This document shows, in pieces, positions 46,821 to 55,070 of a stretch of DNA of 64,000 nucleotides. Both the position numbers and the translations under genes were made by a program. This stretch comes from Verrucomicrobiaceae bacterium (lineage in GTDB: Bacteria; Verrucomicrobiota; Verrucomicrobiia; Verrucomicrobiales; Akkermansiaceae), in contig JBPOGH010000014.1 of NCBI GenBank assembly GCA_051252135.1, positions 1 through 64,000 of the forward strand, given 5' to 3'. Each line of letters opens with the position of its first letter. Position 1 is the stretch's first letter. The notes under the pieces are model-generated. The model saw only the letters and a list, made by a program, of their open reading frames with translations. It did no database searches and had not been told where the DNA came from.

Positions 46821-47876
46821 ATGTCCGAAGTTAATCAACAGGTAATTGCCGATCGTCTCGGTCTTTCCCGAGCCACCGTTTCTCGCTGCTTCACCAATCA
46901 CGCCGGAATCAGCGCCACCACCAGAGCCAAGGTCTTCCAGCTCGCCGCCGATATCGGATACACCCATCTCGAGAGCAGAAGCCCCACCGCTCGTAAGACC
47001 AAAAAAACAGCCAGCTTCTCCGTCCTCATCTGCACCGATACCGAAGAATACTTCCGTGGTGAATACGAAAGCCCCGGCGAACAAATCCTCGCCGGAGTCT
47101 CGGAATTCGCCCAACTCAACGACATCAAGGTCGATGTCAACTTCATCTCCCCCGAGATCACCTCCACCGATCACCCCGCATTCTCCGAGATCAAAGAGCT
47201 GAAGGAACGCAAAAATCGCGGCGTCCTCCTCATCTACCCCTTCCACCCCCAGATCATCGAGGAACTCAGCCTCCGCCTTCCCCTCGTCTCCCTCGTCGAT
47301 CAAGCCGAGCACACCTCGATCGACTGCGTCGATGTCGACCACTACGCCGGCATCTCCGCCGCCATCGACCACCTCATCTCAAAAGGCCACCAACGCATCG
47401 GCTTCTACACCCGCGACTACCCCGTCCACGCAAGCTGGTCCTTCCGCCGCTACAGCGCCTTCGTCGAAAAAATGGCCCGCCTCCAAAAGGAAATTCATCC
47501 CCAGGACCTCATCGGCATCTTCCCCCGCTCCTTCCCCACCGTTCAGGACGGAATCGAACAAGCCATCGCACGCACCAAAGATGGCGTCACCGCCTGGGTC
47601 TGCGCGGCAGACCACCAGGCCTTCGATCTCATCTCGGGCATCCAACAAGCCGGCCTCAAGGTCCCCCAAGACGTCTCCGTCACCGGCTTCGATGGCATCC
47701 ACCATCAGGACAACCGGCCGGACCTCACCACCATCCATATCCCCTTCCGCGCCATCGGCATGACCGGCGCACAACGCCTCGCCTCCAGAATCCACCGCCG
47801 TTTCGGAGGCAAGCAGCACACCTACATCTCAGGCAAACTGCACAAAGGAAAAACCGTCAACCTACCCCCTAAATAA
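46821..47876 (+). CDS. LacI-family transcriptional regulator
   Basis: IADRLGLSRATVSR HTH; GHQRIGF; KVPQDVSVTGFDG; LTTI. Confidence 0.94.
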   Translation: MSEVNQQVIADRLGLSRATVSRCFTNHAGISATTRAKVFQLAADIGYTHLESRSPTARKTKKTASFSVLICTDTEEYFRGEYESPGEQILAGVSEFAQLNDIKVDVNFISPEITSTDHPAFSEIKELKERKNRGVLLIYPFHPQIIEELSLRLPLVSLVDQAEHTSIDCVDVDHYAGISAAIDHLISKGHQRIGFYTRDYPVHASWSFRRYSAFVEKMARLQKEIHPQDLIGIFPRSFPTVQDGIEQAIARTKDGVTAWVCAADHQAFDLISGIQQAGLKVPQDVSVTGFDGIHHQDNRPDLTTIHIPFRAIGMTGAQRLASRIHRRFGGKQHTYISGKLHKGKTVNLPPK

Positions 47877-47968
47877 GGATTAGGTTCCCGCCCTCGACTC
47901 CCAATTTCCATCGTGCGCCATCTTTCCCGTGGCAAACTCCCCCATCCACGATACCTTCCTGCGTAACC

Positions 47969-48409
47969 GTGTTTGGAAAACTCCTCCTCCTCTTCATCCT
48001 CGTCCCCTTGGCCGAGCTCGTCATCTTCATCATGCTGGGTGACCTCATCGGTCTCGAGACCACCATCGTCATCATCATCCTCACCGCCATCCTCGGTGCC
48101 GCCCTGACCAAGTCCCAGGGCCGCCAAGCCATGGCCAGGCTTCAGACCGCACTCGCCGAAGGCCGCATGCCCCACCGTGAGGCAGCCGATGGCATCCTCA
48201 TCCTCATCGCCGGCGCCGTCCTCCTCACCCCGGGCTTCCTCACCGACACCGTCGGCTTCCTCCTCCTCGTTCCCGCCGTCCGCTCCCTCCTGCGCGATCG
48301 CTTCGCCTCCAAAATGAAGGACAAAATCAAGGTCTCCACTCCCGGCTTCCCTCCGGAAAAAGAGAACCAACCGTCCAATCTCGACGACGGAAATGTCATC
48401 GACGTATAA
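47969..48409 (+). CDS. fxsA: FxsA-family membrane protein
   Basis: PLAELVIFI, LTAILG, SQG, LLLTPGFLTDTVG. Confidence 0.92.
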   Translation: MFGKLLLLFILVPLAELVIFIMLGDLIGLETTIVIIILTAILGAALTKSQGRQAMARLQTALAEGRMPHREAADGILILIAGAVLLTPGFLTDTVGFLLLVPAVRSLLRDRFASKMKDKIKVSTPGFPPEKENQPSNLDDGNVIDV

Positions 48410-48433
48410 GCTCCCCTCACGTTAAAAGTAACC

Positions 48434-49330
48434 ATGCGCTGGAAGAAACTCGGACGAAGCGAGAACGTGGAACGCCGTCGCGGCAGCAGCGGAGGAGGCG
48501 GACGCCCGGTCGCCATGGGCGGAGGACTCGGCATGATCATCATGGCCCTCATCGCCATCTTTGTCTTCAAGGTCGACCCCTCCAAACTCCTCGAGGGCAT
48601 GGGCGGCATCTCCCAAAGCCAACCCGGACAATCCACCCAAAAACCCCAAACCGCCCAACAAGCGGAAATCGACGAATTCGTCAGCGCCATCAAAAGCTCC
48701 ACCGAACAGGAATGGACCCAAATCTTTAAAAACGGTGGCCAACAATACCGCGTCCCCAAAATGGTCAACTACGATGGCATGACCCGCATGCGCACCGGCG
48801 GAGTCGCCGATGCCCGCATGGGCCCCTTCTACCTCCCCGCCGAAGAAACCATCTACCTCGACACCGCCTTTTTCGGGCAAATGCAGAGTCAGTTCAAAGC
48901 CGGTGGAGACTTCGCCTACGCCTACGTCATCGCCCATGAGGTCGGTCATCACGTCCAGAAACTCCTCGGCCGTACCGATTACGTCCACAAACAAAAAGGA
49001 CGCATCCCGGATGTCGAATACAACCGCCTCTCCGTCCGCCTCGAACTCCAGGCCGACTTCCTCGCCGGCGTCTGGGCCCATCATGCCGACAACCGCATGC
49101 GCACAACCCAAGGACAGCCACTTCTCGAAAAAGGCGATATCGAAGAAGCCATGCGCGCCGCCAAGGCCATCGGCGACGACGCCCTCCAGCGCCAGGCCGG
49201 CGGTCAGATCATCGAGGACTCCTTCACCCACGGCACCTCCGAACAACGCCTCCGCTGGTTCATGAAGGGCTTCCGCTCCGGAAACCCGAATGACGGAGAC
49301 ACCTTCGCCATCCCCTACAACCAACTGTAG
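48434..49330 (+). CDS. Neutral zinc metallopeptidase (YpfJ-like)
   Basis: RSENVERRR, GPFYLP, AYVIAHEVGHHVQ, RLELQAD, IGDDALQ, SFTHGTSEQR. Confidence 0.93.
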   Translation: MRWKKLGRSENVERRRGSSGGGGRPVAMGGGLGMIIMALIAIFVFKVDPSKLLEGMGGISQSQPGQSTQKPQTAQQAEIDEFVSAIKSSTEQEWTQIFKNGGQQYRVPKMVNYDGMTRMRTGGVADARMGPFYLPAEETIYLDTAFFGQMQSQFKAGGDFAYAYVIAHEVGHHVQKLLGRTDYVHKQKGRIPDVEYNRLSVRLELQADFLAGVWAHHADNRMRTTQGQPLLEKGDIEEAMRAAKAIGDDALQRQAGGQIIEDSFTHGTSEQRLRWFMKGFRSGNPNDGDTFAIPYNQL

Positions 49331-49377
49331 GAAGAAGACTTTGAACAGATTCGGTCCCGAACCGTCTCTACCACACC

Positions 49378-49842
49378 ATGGCAGGTCCCAAAACAGTCGC
49401 GGAACCCCACAAGGAACTCCGCTTCACCCGCGCTTCCCAGGCCCAAATATTCTTTGTCGCCGCCGCAGTATCGATCTCCCTGACCCTCATCATCGGCATC
49501 ACCGCCGCCATGGGCCATCCCTCCTTTCACTGGTGGATGACCCTGCCATGCGCCCTCACCGCCTTCTTCCTCCTACGCCTCGCCGTCCGCTGCACCCGTC
49601 ACGCCTTCCTCATCCTCACCCCACTCGGAATTGAGGTATTCCCCTTCATCAAACCGGAAAAAAATCTCCGCCTCATCTACTGGGGTGAGATTGCTCAAGC
49701 GGAAATAAACGAGGACAAAAAGCTCCTCACTCTCCACCACAACGCCGATAAAACTTCCGGCATTGTCGTCTCCCTCAAACCCCTCGATGCCTCAAACATC
49801 GAACTCCTCAATAAAGCCATTCAGGGCCGGCTCAACCCCTAG
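49378..49842 (+). CDS. Hypothetical membrane protein (2 TM plus soluble domain)
   Basis: Two hydrophobic helices; host codon usage. Confidence 0.75.
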   Translation: MAGPKTVAEPHKELRFTRASQAQIFFVAAAVSISLTLIIGITAAMGHPSFHWWMTLPCALTAFFLLRLAVRCTRHAFLILTPLGIEVFPFIKPEKNLRLIYWGEIAQAEINEDKKLLTLHHNADKTSGIVVSLKPLDASNIELLNKAIQGRLNP

Positions 49843-50591
49843 CGGGACTCCGATATTTCAGGAGGTGGAGTCATTGCAAGCGAACCTTTCGTGGAACGCA
49901 CCAGAAGGAACGCCGTGCCCACCGATCCCAGCGCCGCCAATGTGGCCATCATCGCAAGCACCTGGATGTAACTCACAAACTCCATCTTCCTCTTCACCAC
50001 TTGATGGAGCAGGAGAGGGATAAATGACACCATCAGCACCACCCCGCCCACCTTGGGGACCAGGCTCATATCAACATACTTGTTGACCAGGGTCGTCAGC
50101 CCCATCAGGGATCCAAAGACCCCGAATATGATCGCAAAATGAAGGACCAGAGCCGACATCTTGAAATATTGGCGCCTGATCTGGGTCGGTAAACTGACTT
50201 GAGTCGCATAGTTGAACTCAGGCTGGGCCACCACCAGCGTTGGAAGTGCCGACTTCCGTTCACGCTCGTCTTTCAACTGGCGGAATAGGGCAACCGCCCT
50301 CATTTCGATATAGGTATTTTCCAGATCCTGATCCCGCCCCCGGCAGGCAAGGGATGCCTTGGCATAGCAACCCGGATCAAATCGTCCCGATAACACTTCG
50401 GAGCCTGCACGCTCATAGGCTCGGTCCCTGATTTCCTCAATGCGCATCTCCGGAATCACCGAGCGCTCCCTCGCAGTCCGGCTCATCGAACCTCCAGGAC
50501 GCCTCCCTACCACTTCTTCCTGAACCAGACGAACTACCGAATCGCCCGCCCGTTCACGGGAGACACGCTTAGTAAGACCATCCGATTTCAT
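49839..50591 (-). CDS. Hypothetical membrane protein (3 C-terminal TM helices)
   Basis: Only long ORF in the interval; start taken at ATG 50591. Confidence 0.6.
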   Translation of the reverse strand: MKSDGLTKRVSRERAGDSVVRLVQEEVVGRRPGGSMSRTARERSVIPEMRIEEIRDRAYERAGSEVLSGRFDPGCYAKASLACRGRDQDLENTYIEMRAVALFRQLKDERERKSALPTLVVAQPEFNYATQVSLPTQIRRQYFKMSALVLHFAIIFGVFGSLMGLTTLVNKYVDMSLVPKVGGVVLMVSFIPLLLHQVVKRKMEFVSYIQVLAMMATLAALGSVGTAFLLVRSTKGSLAMTPPPEISESR

Positions 50592-50828
50592 ATTTGGTGC
50601 AAAAGACAGAATCAAATTAGCTTGGACCAACTTACGTGTTTCACCACCCCCCAAAGCTTCTCCATTTTTTTCATTAAATTAGCAAAAAGTCAATTTGTTA
50701 ATAATATTTGTCATGTTGAATAGTCTCGAAATCTTAAGTAAATTGGGCACAATCTCCACAGTTCACTGTCGCTATTCGCTTTTCATCCGTCCATTCCTCC
50801 ATAAAATCCCCCCAGCCTTTTAAGTATC

Positions 50829-51554
50829 ATGGACGATGTCTACCGCACCAGCGCACCACGGCCCAGAGCCGTGAGCCAAGCGGACATCAATCGCCCCGCC
50901 GATGACCAAATCTGGGCTTATCTGGCTCTCTGTGTCGCCTCCATGGCCTCAGTCTTCGTGCTCGGGGTCCTCCTCATCAAAGGCCACATGATCCAATCCG
51001 CCCAAAATGCCAGAGAAGCGGCACAGGCGGAATTCGAGGGCCCCTCACCCATCTTCGAGCCGGAAGAAGATCCCAAACCCTCGGTCGCCCAGCAGTGGAG
51101 CTGGGTCGAAAAATGGACCCCCTCCGCCGCCTCGGTTCAGGCAAGTCTCGGCGGCCAGGTAAAACAAGGACAGACCATCTATCTATTCTCTTCTGGCACC
51201 CTGGTCATGCTCGATAAGACCGATAAAGGAGGCCGCTCAGGTGCAATCGACATTCTCAAAAATACCAAGATGTCGCTGAGCGACCTCATGGTCAAACCCA
51301 CCCCGGACGGAGATTTCCTCATCCGTTACGGGCCGAAGACCTTCTTCCTTCTCGAAGCCAAACTCGCCGAGCAATATACCGAAATGGTGAACACCAACTG
51401 GGAGCAAACACTAAGCGCCGAAGCCCAAGAAGCGCGAAAAGGGAAGCCCTCGCCCCCCTTTGGTGTGCGTTGCGCCCTAATCAGCCTCTACCTGCTTGAG
51501 AAGGACCGTAAGGAGCCGCGTATCATCCTTGTGCTCGAGGGGGATAAGCAGTAG
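50829..51554 (+). CDS. Hypothetical single-pass membrane protein
   Basis: 241-aa ORF with one TM helix (IWAYLALCVASMASVFVLGVLLI). Confidence 0.65.
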   Translation: MDDVYRTSAPRPRAVSQADINRPADDQIWAYLALCVASMASVFVLGVLLIKGHMIQSAQNAREAAQAEFEGPSPIFEPEEDPKPSVAQQWSWVEKWTPSAASVQASLGGQVKQGQTIYLFSSGTLVMLDKTDKGGRSGAIDILKNTKMSLSDLMVKPTPDGDFLIRYGPKTFFLLEAKLAEQYTEMVNTNWEQTLSAEAQEARKGKPSPPFGVRCALISLYLLEKDRKEPRIILVLEGDKQ

Positions 51555-52467
51555 CCAATCCACGATCCCCGATCGGGGTCCCCTGCTGCACCGGCTTGCG
51601 TAAAGTCCGGCACGCACTTGCTACAATTCCCGCTGCCATACCCAGCACCCCGATCAGGCCGACCACCCGGGCCGGAATCTCCTCACTCAAAGTCGCCCCA
51701 TAAAGCAAAACTGCCATCCCGCCCAATATCCACAAGAAGCAAGCCCCCCCGCTCTTGGGCACAAGCATCTCCCCTCCACGACTCTTCATCGCCCTGAGGT
51801 TCAGTATCTCGGAAAGCTCCAGTCCCACCCCAAACGGATGCTCTTTCGCAAAGAGATCCACCTCGCCCATATACTTCAGATAGTTTGAATTTGGAGAAGC
51901 AATCGTCCGATAAGCGTCACCATACATCAACCCCTTGGGTAGAAAACTCCTGCGATAGCCCCAGATTCCGACACTATCCCATGAATCCTTCCCGAAAAAC
52001 ACCCGGGAAAAGCTCGTAAGGCGTCTTCCCAAAAAGGTCCGGCAAGGAGAAAGCCGTCCGATAATCACTTGGAACCGACTGTCGAATCCGGAAAGCATCC
52101 TTCTGATGTCGTTCAGCTGAACTCCGGAGTCCGAATCAAGAGCTACCACCAGCGCACCCTTTGCAGATCGCTCACCGTGACCGATCGCTTCGCGGATATT
52201 CCGGCTGGAAGCGCTTTTAATCGCTTTCACCCGCAACGCATCCCTCTTCACCAACGCCTTCATTTCCCGCCACGCGCTGGGTTGCTCGCCTCGTGCCACC
52301 AATATGACCTCTGCCACGATCCCAACCTCGTCAATCCAGCGGAGAAGACTCTCGCAGAGCACCCCGAGAAGACGGGGGCGCCGATCCGCACAAATCACAA
52401 AACTCACCGTCTGACGAGCGGGAGAATCTTGCGATTGCTGTTGGGCTGGATTTGGTGCGGAATTCAT
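51523..52467 (-). CDS. Divergent GT2-like glycosyltransferase (ArnC/GtrB-type layout)
   Basis: VSFVI, EVILV, AIGHG..AKGALVVALDSD (DxD), two C-terminal TM helices; other motifs eroded. Confidence 0.55.
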   Translation of the reverse strand: MNSAPNPAQQQSQDSPARQTVSFVICADRRPRLLGVLCESLLRWIDEVGIVAEVILVARGEQPSAWREMKALVKRDALRVKAIKSASSRNIREAIGHGERSAKGALVVALDSDSGVQLNDIRRMLSGFDSRFQVIIGRLSPCRTFLGRRLTSFSRVFFGKDSWDSVGIWGYRRSFLPKGLMYGDAYRTIASPNSNYLKYMGEVDLFAKEHPFGVGLELSEILNLRAMKSRGGEMLVPKSGGACFLWILGGMAVLLYGATLSEEIPARVVGLIGVLGMAAGIVASACRTLRKPVQQGTPIGDRGLATAYPPRAQG

Positions 52468-52628
52468 TTCCGGAACTTCAGGGTGAACAATCCTTTACTT
52501 AAGGATTGTTGAAATTCTAAAAACTATTCCCATTAAGTCAACATTATTTTTAAAAGATGCTTATAAATTTTAAACTATCGTGGTAAACACCCCTGAAATC
52601 GCCCTAAATAAGCAGGGTTTGGAGTGAG

Positions 52629-53132
52629 TTATTCACCTTCAATGATCTTGAGCACATCTCCTCCCTGGGTCTCTGTTGCACCCTTGAGGTCCTTCCATAC
52701 CAATTTCCCCCCGCGAAAAAGAAAGGCAGACCGCGAAGCAAACTTACCCCCAACCCGCAAGGGCACCTGATAGGCACCCGCCACTTTCCCCTCGGTATCA
52801 GCAATCAGATCATAGGAAAGCCCATGCTTCTCCGCAAATTTCTTCTGCGTCTCCACCGGATCGGTCGAAACTCCAAAAACCGTCACCTTCTTTTTCGTCA
52901 ATTCATCGAATGCGTCCCGCACCGAACAAACCTGCTTGGTTCATCCCCCGGTCAATGCCTTCGGATAAAAGAAGACCAAAAGCCACTCCTGCTCCGGTGC
53001 AGGCGCAATCTGAACTTCATTTCCATGATGATTGGTTCCGGAAACTTCAGGAACCTTCGCCCCCATCTCCAACTCTCCAGCCTTCAGGCCCAATATCGTC
53101 ATCAGCGACGCAAGTGTGATTTTCCACTTCAT
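52629..53132 (-). CDS. Probable selenoprotein: BCP/PrxQ peroxiredoxin with TGA (52941-52943) at the peroxidatic position
   Basis: Track ORFs 52941-53156 and 52629-52922 are in frame: FFYPKALTGG-TGA-TKQVCSVRDAF..VFGVSTD..KFAEKHGLSYDLIAD..RSAF; 167 aa from ATG 53132. Confidence 0.88.
52902..52930 (-). promoter_or_regulatory. Candidate bacterial SECIS element
   Basis: Minus strand UUUGU-U-CG-G-UGCG-[GGA]-CGCA-U-U-CG-AUGAA; 23 nt between the UGA and the loop, which starts with G. Confidence 0.6.
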
Positions 53133-53223
53133 GCCCCTAATCTCAGCTCTCCCCACCTAACGGCAAGCACGATTCCTGACATTCATGGTTTGGCAATCTG
53201 CCATTTCTCCCTAAAAACAGCCC

Positions 53224-54108
53224 GTGCACGACCTAAAACCGTATCTCAAAGAGCAGCAATCAACTGTTGATGCCGCACTCAACGCCTTCCTGCCCAAAGC
53301 AAGCGAACGCCCAAAAACCGTTCACCAGGCCATGAGATACTCCATTTTCGCCGGCGGTAAACGTCTCCGCCCCATTCTCACTCTCGCTGCCGCCGAAGCC
53401 TGCGGAGGCTCACCCCAAAACGCCCTGCCCGGTGCCTGCGCTGTCGAGGTCATGCACACCTACTCCCTCGTTCACGATGATCTCCCCTGCATGGATGACG
53501 ACGACCTCCGTCGCGGACGGGCCACCTCCCACAAAGTCTACGGCGAAGGCATGGCCGTCCTCACCGGCGACGCCCTCCTCACCGAAGCCTTCACCATCCT
53601 CGCCCAAACCTCTCCCACCAAACGCTACTCCCTCAAGGATATCATTCTCGAATTCTCCATCTGCGGAGGATCCAAAAAACTCATCGGTGGACAGGTTCTC
53701 GACCTCGAGGGCGAAGGCCGGGACCTCACCAAAGCCCAACTCGTCCGCATTCACGAAAACAAAACCGCCGCCCTCCTCACCACCTCCCTCCGCCTCGGAG
53801 GCATGAGCGCCAACGCCACCCCTCTCCAGCTGCAGGCCCTCACCGACTTCGGATACAATCTCGGACTCGCCTTCCAGGTCATCGATGACATCCTCGACGT
53901 CACGCAATCCACCGAAAAACTCGGCAAAACCGCAGGGAAGGACGAAGAGGTCAACAAAGCCACCTACCCCTCGATTCTCGGACTCGAGAAATCAAAAAAG
54001 GAAGCCGCCAGACTCACCAAAAAATCGCTCGCCGCCCTCGCACCCCTCAAGAAAAAAGCACACCGGCTTGAGCAAATTGCCCACTACCTCCTCGATCGCG
54101 AATTCTAG
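53224..54108 (+). CDS. ispA: Polyprenyl (farnesyl/geranylgeranyl) diphosphate synthase
   Basis: GGKRLRP, SLVHDDLPCMDDDDLRRG, GQVLD, KTAALL, FQVIDDILD, KATYP. Confidence 0.93.
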   Translation: MHDLKPYLKEQQSTVDAALNAFLPKASERPKTVHQAMRYSIFAGGKRLRPILTLAAAEACGGSPQNALPGACAVEVMHTYSLVHDDLPCMDDDDLRRGRATSHKVYGEGMAVLTGDALLTEAFTILAQTSPTKRYSLKDIILEFSICGGSKKLIGGQVLDLEGEGRDLTKAQLVRIHENKTAALLTTSLRLGGMSANATPLQLQALTDFGYNLGLAFQVIDDILDVTQSTEKLGKTAGKDEEVNKATYPSILGLEKSKKEAARLTKKSLAALAPLKKKAHRLEQIAHYLLDREF

Positions 54109-55070
54109 GAACTCAGATTCTTACAAAGGCTGATCAACGCCGGATCGACAAAATGCTTGGTGTCAACCACCTCATTGATCGACGCGCTCCCAAAGACTCC
54201 GTCCTTGAACACCACCACCTTGTTCTGCTCCCCCGCAAGGAGGAAATCGATCGCTGCCATCGAGAACTTGAAGGCCATAATCCGGTCATAAACCGTCGGA
54301 GACCCCCCACGCTGCACATGACCCAGAACCGTCAGCCGCGCATCCATTCCCAGCGCATCAGCCATCCACCGGGTCAGACTTTCGCCCATCCCCGTCCCTT
54401 CGGCAACAATACCTAAAACATAACGGCGGCCCTGCTCACGCTCAAGGCGTAAGCGCTCCGCCAACGCATCCAGATCATAAGGAATCTCCGGCACCAAACA
54501 CACCTCCGCCCCCGTCGCCAGCGCCGACGTCATCGCCAGATAACCACAGTGCCGACCCATCGTCTCAATCACAAAAGCACGGGAAAAAGACGATGCGGTA
54601 TCCCGGATACTGTCCACACTCTGCCGAATCATATTCAGAGCCGTATCCACCCCGAGACAATAATCGGTCCCGGAAATATCATTGTCGATCGTCGCCGGAA
54701 TCCCCGCAAAAGGCACCCCAAAGTCCGCATAAAACTGATTGAGTGCACTGAACGATCCATCTCCGCCGATCACGATCAACTTCCCAATCCCCAACTTCTC
54801 AAGATTCTCAAACGCCTGCTTGCGAAACTCATACTCAAAAAATCGCTTGGAACGGGATGAGCCCAGCACCGTCCCCCCACGATGAAGAATTCCCGATAAC
54901 CGCTCAGGGGTCGCTTCATGGATCAACCCCTCAATCAATCCCCGTAATCCCCACTCCACCAGATAGGGAGTCAACCCCTTCTTCTTGGCATACTCAGCCG
55001 CCGACTTCACAGCCGGATTCATCCCCGCGGAATCTCCGCCCGAGGTCATTATCGCAATCTTCTCGCTCAA
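54105..55070 (-). CDS. pfkA: ATP-dependent 6-phosphofructokinase
   Basis: TSGGDSAGMN, IGGDGS, TIDND, ETMGRHCG, LGHVQRGG; the TTG start overlaps the upstream stop. Confidence 0.95.
   Translation of the reverse strand: MSEKIAIMTSGGDSAGMNPAVKSAAEYAKKKGLTPYLVEWGLRGLIEGLIHEATPERLSGILHRGGTVLGSSRSKRFFEYEFRKQAFENLEKLGIGKLIVIGGDGSFSALNQFYADFGVPFAGIPATIDNDISGTDYCLGVDTALNMIRQSVDSIRDTASSFSRAFVIETMGRHCGYLAMTSALATGAEVCLVPEIPYDLDALAERLRLEREQGRRYVLGIVAEGTGMGESLTRWMADALGMDARLTVLGHVQRGGSPTVYDRIMAFKFSMAAIDFLLAGEQNKVVVFKDGVFGSASINEVVDTKHFVDPALISLCKNLSS

Noticed and set aside
42140..53156. Calling the two split redox genes pseudogenes or four small ORFs
   Set aside because: The halves are in frame, the only lesion is a TGA at the catalytic Cys, and hairpins follow. 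Pseudogene status cannot be fully excluded without seeing the sel genes.
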